Source of the DNA: Mesoplasma florum L1
Lineage (GTDB): Bacteria; Bacillota_I; Bacilli_A; Mycoplasmatales; Mycoplasmataceae
NCBI RefSeq assembly: GCF_000008305.1
Contig: NC_006055.1
Coordinates: 360,001-392,000 of the forward strand
Direction: 5' to 3'
Length of the DNA stretch: 32,000 nt
Position 1 is the first letter of the stretch. Each line of letters starts with the position of its first letter. The notes beneath the pieces were generated by a model that was given only the letters and a program-made list of their open reading frames with translations, did not search any database and was not told the origin of the DNA. Of the stretch, positions 1 to 10,297 are shown piece by piece. The translations under genes were made by a program, and so were the position numbers.

Positions 1-1
1 A

Positions 2-757
2 AAAACTAGAACTTGTGGAATTATTACAAGAAATGGTTATGGAGTAAGATACCATATTGAAGATATTCCAGTTCAAGGAACTAATTCAAAAGGTGTTAAA
101 GCAGCTAATCTAAAAGAAGATTACATAGTTGCTGGTTTAGGATTAACAAGTGAAGATACTATTATGTATTTAACTGAAAAAGACGGAGTTAAAAAATTCA
201 GAAATGAAGATTTACCAATCTATATTAGACCAAAACGTGGAATAAGAGTATTACCAGAACGTAAACGTGGAACAGAATACATTACATTTGCATTTAACTT
301 TAATGCAAATGAAGAAAACATTATTAAAGCAATTGATACTCAAGATATGTATCAAGAAGTTAACGTTAATAAATATCGTCATATTGAATTAACTAGTGTA
401 ACTGGTGATTTTGATATTAAAGATGTTGCATTCGCTAGTTTAAGTGAAATTAATAAGGTTAAACCAAACGATATGCCCCCAGGTGCTTTAAATGCTGATG
501 ATGATGCTGAAGGATATGTGTCTAAAGAAGAAATTAGAGCACGTCAAGAAGCTAACAAAGGTAAAGTGTCAGCTAAAGTAGTGGTAAGCAAAAATATTAA
601 AGAAGAAAGCGAAAAACGTATTCAATCGTTAACTGGTGGTTTAAGTGATTTACTAGGAGATATTTCTTCAGTTTTAGGAACACCAAGCAAATCAAAACCT
701 AAAAAAGAAGTTAAAGATGAATTTCAATTAGACTTAAGTGATCTATTAGAGGAATAA
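2..757 (+). CDS. Type IIA topoisomerase subunit A, C-terminal part (ParC or GyrA; 5' end lies outside the window)
   Basis: The frame is open from the window edge. The translation KTRTCGIITRNGYGVRYHIEDIPVQGTNSKGVKAANLKEDYIVAG... shows the repeated blade pattern of the GyrA/ParC C-terminal beta-pinwheel. It is followed by a K/E/D-rich tail and a TAA stop at 755-757. ParC and GyrA cannot be told apart from this fragment. Confidence 0.7.
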   Translation, partial: KTRTCGIITRNGYGVRYHIEDIPVQGTNSKGVKAANLKEDYIVAGLGLTSEDTIMYLTEKDGVKKFRNEDLPIYIRPKRGIRVLPERKRGTEYITFAFNFNANEENIIKAIDTQDMYQEVNVNKYRHIELTSVTGDFDIKDVAFASLSEINKVKPNDMPPGALNADDDAEGYVSKEEIRARQEANKGKVSAKVVVSKNIKEESEKRIQSLTGGLSDLLGDISSVLGTPSKSKPKKEVKDEFQLDLSDLLEE

Positions 758-766
758 GGAGTTACT

Positions 767-1525
767 ATGGAGTCTTTAATTCATAAAATTGAAAAATACA
801 AGAATCATGATGATTCTAAAATTCAATCAATAATTTCTAAAGTTCTTTACCAAAATTTTTTCAGTGGAAATTTTTTAACAATCAAAGAATTAGCTGAAGA
901 ATGCAATGTTTCAGAATCAACAATAACAGTTTATTCAAAAAATTTAGGTTATTCAGGATATAGAGAATTATTAATCTTACTTAAAATGGAAAATAATTTT
1001 TATAATAAAACTTTTCAAAGCGAAATTGGAGCAAAAAGTGATAAGCAAAAAATAAATAAGTATAGAGAAATTTTAAATGAATTTTTAAATGAACAAAAAA
1101 AAGAAGATGAAAAAATAATTAAATTAGTTGCTAACATGAAAAAGGCAAATAAAATTGTTATAAATTCTAGTTATCAGTTAGATGATATAGCAAATTATTT
1201 TAAAGATCTATTATCATTAAAGTTTGACAATGTTTTAAAAAATGAATTAAAACTTTTTGCTTATAAAAATGCTCAAAATTTAACTGAGAAAGATTTAGCA
1301 ATATTTTTTGTTTCAGGTCAAGACAATGAAATGATGCAATATATTTTTGCTGTAACAAAAAAAATGACTAAAAATATTTTTATTTTTTCTTCAAGAAGTC
1401 AAATAGAAAAATTTGATATGCAAGAAAATGTAATTATTTTAGATGTTCCTAAATTAGGGAGCGATCATACATATAGAAGAATTATTTTAGATAACTATGT
1501 TTCAATAATTTCGTTATTATTGTAA
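767..1525 (+). CDS. RpiR-family transcriptional regulator (N-terminal HTH plus SIS-like C-terminal domain)
   Basis: Intact 252-aa ORF. The N-terminal segment LTIKELAEECNVSESTITVYSKNLGYSGYRELL is the typical RpiR HTH_6 signature. It starts 10 nt after the upstream stop and sits immediately upstream of a PTS/glycosidase operon. Confidence 0.75.
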   Translation: MESLIHKIEKYKNHDDSKIQSIISKVLYQNFFSGNFLTIKELAEECNVSESTITVYSKNLGYSGYRELLILLKMENNFYNKTFQSEIGAKSDKQKINKYREILNEFLNEQKKEDEKIIKLVANMKKANKIVINSSYQLDDIANYFKDLLSLKFDNVLKNELKLFAYKNAQNLTEKDLAIFFVSGQDNEMMQYIFAVTKKMTKNIFIFSSRSQIEKFDMQENVIILDVPKLGSDHTYRRIILDNYVSIISLLL

Positions 1526-1558
1526 AAACCACTTTAAAAAAATAAAAGTGGTTTTTTT
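1525..1558 (+). terminator. Rho-independent terminator after the RpiR gene
   Basis: Perfect 11-bp stem: aaaaccacttt (1525-1535) pairs with aaagtggtttt (1545-1555). The loop is 9 nt and the stem runs into a T-tract ending at 1558. Confidence 0.8.
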
Positions 1559-1621
1559 GTTTGCTTTCTTTTAAGTTTTAAAAAGATTAAAAAATAATAT
1601 TTAAGTGAAAGGAAAAAAAGT

Positions 1622-4171
1622 ATGAAAAATAAAAAAATTATCATTTATGCTCCTGTAAATGGAGTTATAGGTAAAATTAAAGACTTAAAAGATGGTGTTT
1701 TTTCAGAAGGAATGCTTGGTGAAGGGGTTTATATAATTCCTGAATCAAAAGAATTTTATTCACCTATTGATAAAGGTGAGTTAAAACTTGTTACAGCTAC
1801 TAAGCACGCTTATTATTTTGAACATGAAAATGGTCCTAATATTCTTATGCATATTAGTTTAGATACTGAAAAACATCAAGGTAAACCCTTTAAAACATTA
1901 TCAAATGTTGGAGATAAGTTGACTTTAGCAACTAAAATTGTTTCAGTTGATTTACAAATGTGTAAAAAACAAGATGTTAATGTTGCAACACCTATATTAA
2001 TTGACACAAAAGAGTTTTCTGAATGAAAATTTAAACCGTTAGACTTAAAAGGAAAAGTTAAAAGAGGCCAACCTATAGGAGAATTTGTTAAAGTTGAAGA
2101 GAAAAAAATAAATGAAGAAAGTAATGATCTAACTACTTTTGAATTTAAAAATAAATATGAAAAATCTGCAGAAAGTATATATGAATACATAGGGACTGAG
2201 TCTAATTATTCAAAAGTTTATAATTGTATGACTAGACTTCGTTTTTATGTAAAAGATAAACAAATTGTTAACACAGAAGCAATAAAAAAAATGCCAATAG
2301 TAAAAGGTGTTAATTGAAATGGAGAAGAAATTCAAATAATTATTGGAGGAGAAGTTCAAAAAGTTAAAGATGCTTTTGAAAATTATGTTTCAAATAAAAA
2401 TATATCAAAAACTTCTAAAAAACAAGAAGGTTTTGAACAGAAAATAAAACCTAAAAAACCAATGAAAGAAGCTATTTTAGGTGCAATCTCTGGTATTATG
2501 GTTCCAACTTTACCTGTATTTATAACAGTTGGTATGTTAATGGGACTTAAAGCAATACTTGTGCAGGCAGGAGCAATGCCTGAAATAGTAACAGGAATAG
2601 CAAAAGAAGGACAAGTTTCTCTAACAGATGCAGATGTTTTTTCAGCAATATTTTTTATAATAACTGAAATTGCTTTTAAATTTCTAGGGATATTTATTGG
2701 TTATAACACCATGAAATATTTGGGTGGTAATACAATAATGTCAATATTAATAGGATTAGCATTAGCTAATCCATACATATGACAAGGAACTTCATGACCT
2801 TTATTTACAATTGGTTCAACTACAATTAAGGTTCAAGCATTTACAAGTTCTATAATGCCACATATAGCTGCAAATATAATATTCTTTTATCTAGACAAAT
2901 GAATAAAAACGTGAATGCCTTCTGTAGTAGATATAATTTTTAGACCAATGATCGCATTTTTAACAACTATGTTATTAGCATTCTTTATTGTTGGTCCATC
3001 TTTATTTTTAGTTGAACAAGGACTTGCAGTTATTGTTGGATGATTAGGATCAATTCCGTTTGGAATTGGAGTAGCTATATATGCTATATTATGGCAACCT
3101 TTTGTTATATCAGGTATGCATATAGCAATAGCTATGCCTTTATCAATTGGATTAATGCAGGGTACACCTCAAGTTATTTCACCTGCTATTATGTATGGTT
3201 GTTACGGTCAACTTGGAGCAATGATTGGGGTTATGATAATGACTAAAAACTCACAACTAAAAGCAACTTGTATAGCTAATTTAACACCTGGTGTTATTGC
3301 TATTACTGAACCTATAATTTATGGAATTACTTTACCAAAAGGAAGACCTTTTATAGCAGGTTGTTTAGGCGCTGGTTTGGCAGGTTTATTTTCTGGAATT
3401 TTAAACGTTAGATTAATGCATTCAGGAGGATATGGTATTTTCTCAATAGTAGGTTATATCGCTGGTGGTCCAATGAATGTAGCAATGTTTGTTGTTTCTT
3501 TATTAATAGCTGCCTCATCTGCTGCAATTATTTGTTTGTTTATTTATCAAGAAAGACCTTCAGAATTAAAATCAATTAAAAAAATTAGCAGAGTAATTAT
3601 TAAAAATTATGCATTAAAAACTGGTTTAAAAAATAATGAAGTTGAAAAATTGCTTGATGAAAAATTATCTTTAATACAAAATTTTGTTAAAAAAGATGAT
3701 ATAGAAAAAATCAAAAAAGTTGAAGATAGTTATATTAAAATTTCAAAACTAGAAGCAACAATAGATTTATTAAATTCTAAAGATGAAAAAGCTCAACAAA
3801 AATTGAATGAAAAAATGATTAGAGCAAATGAAAAAAATAACTTATTAAATGCTAAAAAAATTTATGACGAATTAGTAAACTTCAAACAAAATTCTAAAAT
3901 TGAGAAATTAATAAATGAATTAAATGAAGTAAAAAAAGCCAATGTTAATTTGGAAAACTGATTAAAAGATCATCAAGATAAATTTATGGAGTTAACTAAT
4001 GAAATTTTACTTAAAATATCAAAAGAAATAGAACTTAATGATATTAATGATTTAAATAGCAATTATTTTAATGCAATACATTCAATTGATATAAATTACT
4101 TAATAACTGAAAAACAAGAAACATTTTTTAATCAAAAAAATGTTAAAAAAAATCTTTTAAATAATAGATAG
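1622..4171 (+). CDS. PTS sugar permease, glucose/beta-glucoside superfamily, fused EIIA-EIIB-EIIC with a ~200-aa K/E/N-rich coiled-coil-like C-terminal tail (849 aa)
   Basis: Track ORFs 1622-2026, 2462-2782, 3116-3961 and 3986-4171 are all in frame 2 and are joined only by TGA codons. I translated the gaps and found no TAA or TAG. The EIIA-Glc motifs are present (TKHAYYFEHENGPNILMHISLDT). The EIIB cysteine motif is YNCMTRLRF. The EIIC region is polytopic and hydrophobic (ITEPIIYGITLPKGRPF). The tail covers about 3560-4171. Confidence 0.85.
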
Positions 4172-4182
4172 AGAGAATAAAT

Positions 4183-5592
4183 ATGGAAATTAAAAAACTT
4201 AAAAAATTTGATGATGATTTTTTGTGAGGCGCTTCAATTTCTGCTTTTCAGGCAGAAGGTGCTTCAACAAAAGATGGTAAAGGTTTATCAATTCAAGATG
4301 TTAAAAAAATTAGTGAAAAATATTCTGATTTTTCAGTAGCTGCGGATTTCTATAATAATTACAAAGAGGATATTGCTTTGCTTAAAGAAATGGGATTGTC
4401 ATCTTTCAGATTTTCAATCTCTTGAACCCGTATTATTCCTGATGGAGATGGTGAAATAAATAAAAAAGGAATTATTTTTTATCATAACTTAATAGATGAG
4501 TTAAAGAAAAATGGGATTGAACCAATTGTTACAATATATCATTTTGACTTACCTTTTTCATTACAACAAAAAGGTGGCTGAAGTAATCGTGATATGATAG
4601 TAAAAGCTTTCTTAAAATATTCAAAAGTGTTATTTAATGAATATGCTAAAAAAGTTAAGTATTGGCTAACAATAAATGAACAAAATGTCATGATAATGAT
4701 AGGAAGCAAAATGAAGTTTTTAAATGGAGGAGATAAAAAATTCAATCAAAATGAGCTTTATAATCAATCTCATAATATGTTTATTGCGCAAGCATTAGTT
4801 ATGGAAGAGATGCATAATAATTTTCCTAATTGTTTAATAGCACCTGCTTTAAACATTGTTTCAATTTATCCCAATTCAAATAAACCTCAAGATTACTTAG
4901 CAGCAATGAATGCATCTGTTATGAGAAATTGATATTATTTAGATGCTATTGTTAGAGGCGAATATAACCCAATAATGTATAAATATTTAGAAGACAATAA
5001 TTTTTTACCTGATTTTAGAAAAGGTGATTATGAAATTCTAAAAAAAGCTAAGCCTGATTTTATAGCGTTTAACTATTATACTTCTGCAACAGTAAAAAGT
5101 GAAATTAATAATTTTATTGAAGTTGAAGAATTAATTGATCAACAAAGATTATTTGATGTGCCTGGTATGTTTAGTTATTGTGAAAATCCAAATTTAGAAA
5201 AAACTGAATATGGTTGAGATATTGATTCAACTGGTTTTAGGGTAACAATGAGGGAAATGTATGAAAGATATAGACTACCTTTAATGATTACTGAAAATGG
5301 ATTAGGACATTCAGAGCAATTAAACGAAAATAATACTGTAGATGATGATTATAGAATTCAATATTATGAAAAACATTTAAATGAATTAAGAAAATGTATT
5401 TCAGAAGGAATAAAAATTATCTCATATAATGCTTGAACAGCTATTGATATTGTTTCATCTCATCAAGGTTTTTCAAAAAGATACGGTTTTATTTATGTTG
5501 ATAGAACAGAAAAAGATTTGAAGGAAATGAAAAGATATCCCAAAAAAAGTTTTTATTGATATAAAGAATATATTAAAAAAATAAAATATTAA
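4183..5592 (+). CDS. bglA: GH1 6-phospho-beta-glucosidase (469 aa)
   Basis: ATG at 4183 follows a gagag RBS. The frame-1 pieces (including track ORFs 4594-4932, 4975-5217 and 5248-5436) join across TGA. GH1 signatures are [27 protein letters not shown], the acid/base motif YWLTINEQN and the nucleophile motif ITENGLG. TAA stop at 5590-5592. Confidence 0.9.
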
Positions 5593-5613
5593 TTTTTTAA
5601 TTCTAATTTTAAG

Positions 5614-5653
5614 TGTAGTACTTATGGCATGATTTCCTAAGTACTACATTTTT
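5614..5653 (+). terminator. Rho-independent terminator after the beta-glucoside operon
   Basis: Perfect 11-bp stem: tgtagtactta (5614-5624) pairs with taagtactaca (5638-5648). The loop is 13 nt and is followed by ttttt. Confidence 0.8.
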
Positions 5654-5693
5654 GTTTAAAAGTATGAGAAAATTAACAAAACATGGAGAACAA

Positions 5694-8411
5694 ATGAAAG
5701 AAAAACTATTTACAAATAAAGATGAACAAAAATTACTAGAAGAAATAAATAATGAAATATTAACTTCTAATGAAGTTTATTTAATTTATCCTTTTATATC
5801 TAAAAGTATCCTTAATAAAATAGCTCCAACTTTTGAATTCTGTGCAAAAAACAATATTCAAATTAAAATTATCTCAACAACATTTGATGATCTAGCTCAA
5901 TATAATAATTTGAATGAACTTAAACTATTAGCTGATAAGTATTCTAATATCAAAATAAAAATAGAAGATAACTTAGAAAGAACTAGTGAAAGAATTCATA
6001 TAAAAGCTTCAATTTTTAAACGAAATCATGAATTATCAACTGCAATTATGGGTTCTTCTAATTTAACTGTTAAGGGAATGATTTCTGGAAGAGAATGAAA
6101 TATTAAATTAACAGAACAAAATAATAAAGAATTAATTAATAAAATGATTAATGAATTTGATAATTTATGAAATGAAGAATTTGTTGATTTTTCAAATGAG
6201 TTTGAAAGAGAATTATTAATTCAAAAGATTAAAGAAAACCAGCAAGCAGTAGTTCAATCAAAAATAGAATTATTATCTAATAATTTAACTAAAAAATACT
6301 TATATAAATTTCAAAAAGAAATTATTGATAAACTAAGTTATCGAAGACATATTAATAAAAATAAAAACTTAGTCATTATGGCCACAGGAACAGGCAAAAC
6401 ACTAGTTTCTGCATTTGATTACAAAAGACAATCAGGACAAGCTAAAAAGGACCTTAAAATCCTATTTTTAGCACATCAAAGAGAAATAGTTGACCAAGCA
6501 ATCAAAACTTATCGCCATGTGCTTGAGAATAATAAATTTGGTGAAGTTATGTATGATGGAAGTATTAATAGTGAAAAACCAATTCACCTATTTGCAACAA
6601 TTCAAACCTTGTCCACAAGATTGAATAAATTCAAACCAAACGATTTTGACATTATTGTATATGATGAAGCTCATCATATAGCAGCAAATACTTTTGATAA
6701 AGTATTTAACTATTTTAAACCTCAACAAATCTTAGGTTTAACAGCAACTCCTGAAAGAGAAGACAATAAAGATATTAAAGCATATTTTGATGATGAATAT
6801 GCTACTGAATTAAGACTATGAGATGCTATTGATCAAAAACTATTATGTCCATTTGATTATTATTGTATAGATGATACTAATACTAATTTACAAGGAGTTA
6901 ATTTAAACTCTGATAAAGATATTTTTAAAGTAGTTAACACTGATTCTAGAAATGAATTGTTATTTAAAACAATTGAAAAATATTTAGGTGTTTATGCAAG
7001 ACCAACAGCATTAATCTTTTGTGTTACAGTAGAACATGCTATTAATATATCAAATTACTTAAACTCAAAGAATTTAAAAGCAGAAGTTTTAACTTCACAA
7101 AATACAAAAGATCGTAAAAGAATCTTACATGAATTTAGTACAGGAAGAATTAACTATTTATGTGTTGTTAATATTTTTAATGAAGGAGTAGATATTCCTG
7201 AAATTAATACTATTATTTTGTTAAGACCAACAAATTCTAAAACAGTATATTTACAACAACTTGGTAGAGGTTTAAGAAAAACAGAACTTAAAAATAAACT
7301 AGAAGTATATGATCTAATTTCTAATATAGATAATAAATATGATATTACTTTAGGAATTAGAAATTTATTTAATCCTGCTATTAGAAGTAGTAAGTCAATT
7401 AGTGCTAAAGAAGGTTTACCTTATAATTGCACAATTAACTTAGAAAAGCATACTGAAGAAATTATTATTAACAGTATGAAGAGTTGATATTTAAATAAAA
7501 ACTCAATGAAATCATATATTGTTGAATATTATGAAAGATTTAAAGAAAAAGCTCTTAATAATATATTGAAAGATTATGATTTAACTTTAATAGATTTTTA
7601 TAATAATTTAGATAACTTATTTATACCAATTGCTAAACAAATTAATAACTTTAATCAAAATGAAAATAACACTAATAGAAACAAAAACATTTTAAAACAG
7701 TTTTTATTCTTAAATAATCATAAAATTATTGATTACTTTTATAAAAGACTATCAAACCAATTATCAAGTAATGAAATTAACTTAGACTTAGATAATTTAT
7801 TAATTACTTCTTGTTTATATGAAATAACTAGTTTTGATAAATTTTTAGATATTTATCCTAACTATTTAAAAATTAATGATTTAGTAAAAAACTTTATTGA
7901 TGAGCATAAAGTGATTGTAGAAGAGTTAGTAATGATTCTTAAATACAAATTAGATAATGAAACTTTAATTTTTGAAAACGAGTATGAAATAGGATTGAAT
8001 ATAAATTCAACTTATACTGTAAAACAAGTTTTATCATTAGTTAATCGTACTAACTTTTTACATTATCGAACTGAAATGAAAGTTTTGACATTTCAAGCAG
8101 GGTTTTTAACTTTTGATAACTCAAAACAAATCATTTTAGCTGATGAAGACAGTGATAATTATGGTAAAAAAACTAAATATGATGAATTGAATAATATATT
8201 CTATTGATCTTTACCTGAAAAAATGACAATTAAAAATAAAATAGTTAGTGATTTTGAAAATGAATATATTAAAAAATACTTGTTTATTCAAGATCAACAA
8301 AACGTCAACAAAAAGAACTTATATTTAAAGCTTTATAAATTTGTAGGTATTGGTAAATTTGAAAAAATGTTAATTGATGATGTTCTTACAGCTAAATTTA
8401 AGTTAAAATAA
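5694..8411 (+). CDS. PLD-family (HKD) nuclease domain + SF2 (ResIII/DEAH) helicase + C-terminal DUF3427-like domain, single 905-aa protein
   Basis: Track ORFs 5652-6098, 6378-6821, 6957-7487, 7506-8207 and 8223-8411 share frame 0 and join across TGA; I checked the gaps for real stops. The PLD motif is HIKASIF...GSSNLT (5997-6062). Helicase motif I is MATGTGKT (6378-6401), motif II is DEAHH (6663-6677), motif III is GLTATPER and motif VI is QQLGRGLR. The C-terminus (FYWSLPEK...YLFIQDQ...YKFVGIG) matches my recollection of the DUF3427 pattern. I prefer the ATG at 5694 (ggaga RBS at 5685-5689) over the track's TTG at 5652, which lies inside the upstream terminator. The ATG at 5664 remains an alternative. 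Confidence 0.8.
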
Positions 8412-8443
8412 ACTAAATTAAAGTATTAAAGGCGGAAACAATA

Positions 8444-9466
8444 ATGGAAAATATAAATTACAAAAAAGCAAAGAAACAAATTAGAAAATATAAATATACT
8501 TTTTTAAAAGTTTTAGGAACAATTATCTTATTTCCTATAGTTTTTATTGTTAGTGCCATACTATCAAAATTCTTTACTCCATACTTATTCAAATATCCAA
8601 GGGCAGGTACTGATGAAAACGGACAAGAAGTAAATACTTTAAATCATTACTTAACAGATATAAAAGAAAAGAAACTAAAAAATTGAGAACTTACTAAAGA
8701 TCAAATTGAAGAATTTGAAATAGGGTCAAAAGAAGCAAGTATAAGTTGTTTAATCTTGAAAAATAATTCAAATAAATGAGTTGTTGCATTACACGGATTT
8801 AAAAGAAATAAGTATATGGGTGTTAGAAACGCTATTCAATTTTATAAAAAGGGATATAACGTAATATCATTTGATGCATATGCTCATGGTAAAACATATG
8901 GTAAATATTCTGATCTTGGAGTAACAAATTCAAAAGTTTTAAATGAAGTTATTAATTGAGTTAAAAATAATAATGATGTTGATGAGTTAGGTATTATTGG
9001 GGTAAGTATGGGAGCAGCTACAGCTGTTTATTGAGCACAACAATATTATCAAGTAAATAAAATCGATTGATTAATTTCAGATTGTGCTTTAACTCAACCA
9101 GTAGAACAAATTAGATTTTTCTTAAAAAAATACTTTAAGTGATTACCTTGATGAATTTCATCATTTAAAATTAATTGATTCTTCAAAAGATATTCAAAAA
9201 CTAATTTAAAAGATATGAATTTACAGAATAATTTAAATTCATTTAGAGATTTACCAGTTTTATTTATTCATGGTAAATTAGATTCATTTATTGATTATAA
9301 TAATTCAATAGTTATGTATTGTGAAAAAAGTAAAGATTCAAATAATAATAAAATTAAAATATTTGATGATTCAGAGCACAGCAGTTCAATAGTTGATCAT
9401 CAAGAAGAATATATATTAATAACAATTGATTTTGTAAGAGAAATAATGAGAAAAAATAAAAAGTAA
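8444..9466 (+). CDS. Membrane-anchored alpha/beta-fold hydrolase (340 aa)
   Basis: Track ORFs 8444-8686 and 9215-9466 are in frame 2 and are bridged by a TGA-rich stretch. The N-terminal TM helix is LKVLGTIILFPIVFIVSAILSKF. The nucleophile elbow is GVSMG, in the context HGFKRN...GIIGVSMGAATA. The C-terminal segment FIHGKLDSFI...DSEHS supplies candidate Asp and His residues. It starts 32 nt after the helicase gene with no terminator in between. Confidence 0.75.
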
Positions 9467-9468
9467 AT

Positions 9469-9489
9469 AAACACCAAATGGTGTTTTTT
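9469..9489 (+). terminator. Rho-independent terminator after the hydrolase gene
   Basis: The stem aaacacc (9469-9475) pairs with ggtgttt (9480-9486) around the loop aaat, and runs into a T-tract. Confidence 0.65.
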
Positions 9490-9533
9490 ATTTTAACTTT
9501 AAAGGAATTCAATTTAATCATAAAATAAGTATA

Positions 9534-10232
9534 ATGATATTAGAAATGAGGTTTTTTCAAATGGATCATGGTTATATATATTCTTACATTGAAAATAAAA
9601 TACTAAGTAATGAATTTAGTGCAGACCAAAAAATGCTTTCAGAAAATCAAATATGCATAAAATTTAATGTTTCAAGAACTTTAGCTAGAGATGTTTACAA
9701 GGAATTAGTAGTTGATGGTTATCTGTATAGTATTCATGGTAAGGGGTATTTTGTAAATGACAAAAAATACTGAATGAAAAATATAGGATTAGATAAAAAG
9801 TATCCTCATTCAGAATATAAAAATGAAATTCTTGACTTCAAAATTGAATTACCTAATTGATTTGTTGAAAATTATAAATTAAATAAAAATGATTATAATT
9901 GTTTTACAAAAGCAAGATATTTAAATAATAAACAAAGACATTTATCATATGTTTTTTTGAATAATAAACTAATTTTAAATATGGATCTTAAAGAAATAAA
10001 AAAATCAGTTGTTAATTATCTAAAAAAAGATTTTGAATTTAAAAAATCATATAATTTTATCAAAATAGAAAAAGCTACAAAATTTGATGCTGATTTTTTT
10101 AGTATTAATGAAAATGATTTTATTGTTTGTCAATATTCCGTAATTTATCATAATGATGAAATAGTATTGCAATGCTCATTAGATAAAAGACCAATTGAAT
10201 ATTTAAATTTTGGATACATAGCAAACGTTTAA
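9534..10232 (+). CDS. GntR-family (HutC/UTRA-type) transcriptional regulator
   Basis: Track ORFs 9534-9773 and 9957-10232 are in frame 0 and join across TGA. The GntR winged-helix signature is LSENQICIKFNVSRTLARDVYKELVVDGYLYSIHGKGYFV. The roughly 150-aa C-terminal effector domain has a length consistent with UTRA. The real start may be the ATG at 9561. Confidence 0.75.
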
Positions 10233-10297
10233 AATCTTGTTACTACAAGTTACACTCACTAAAACCAATTTTATAATAATAATGTGAGGTGACAAAA

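Noticed and set aside
1876-2190. 104-aa minus-strand ORF from the track
   Set aside because: It lies entirely antisense within the PTS EIIA/EIIB coding region, which has strong homology-type motifs. It has no RBS and a low-complexity hydrophobic translation, so it is a shadow ORF.
3040-3246. 68-aa plus-strand ORF overlapping the PTS EIIC region in another frame
   Set aside because: It is out of frame with the continuous frame-2 EIIC sequence that carries the conserved motifs. Its Y/W/C-rich composition is implausible, so it is an alternative-frame artefact.
4539-4745. 68-aa minus-strand ORF inside the GH1 gene
   Set aside because: It is antisense to a well-supported GH1 CDS and has no independent signals.
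5652-5693. TTG (5652) or ATG (5664) as the start of the helicase gene
   Set aside because: Position 5652 lies inside the T-tract of the upstream terminator and has no RBS. The ATG at 5694 has a ggaga RBS. The ATG at 5664 cannot be fully excluded.
10233-10297. Small inverted repeat cttgt-tact-acaag as a GntR operator upstream of the GH31 gene
   Set aside because: It has only a 5-bp stem and occurs once. It is a plausible location but too weak to call without comparative data.
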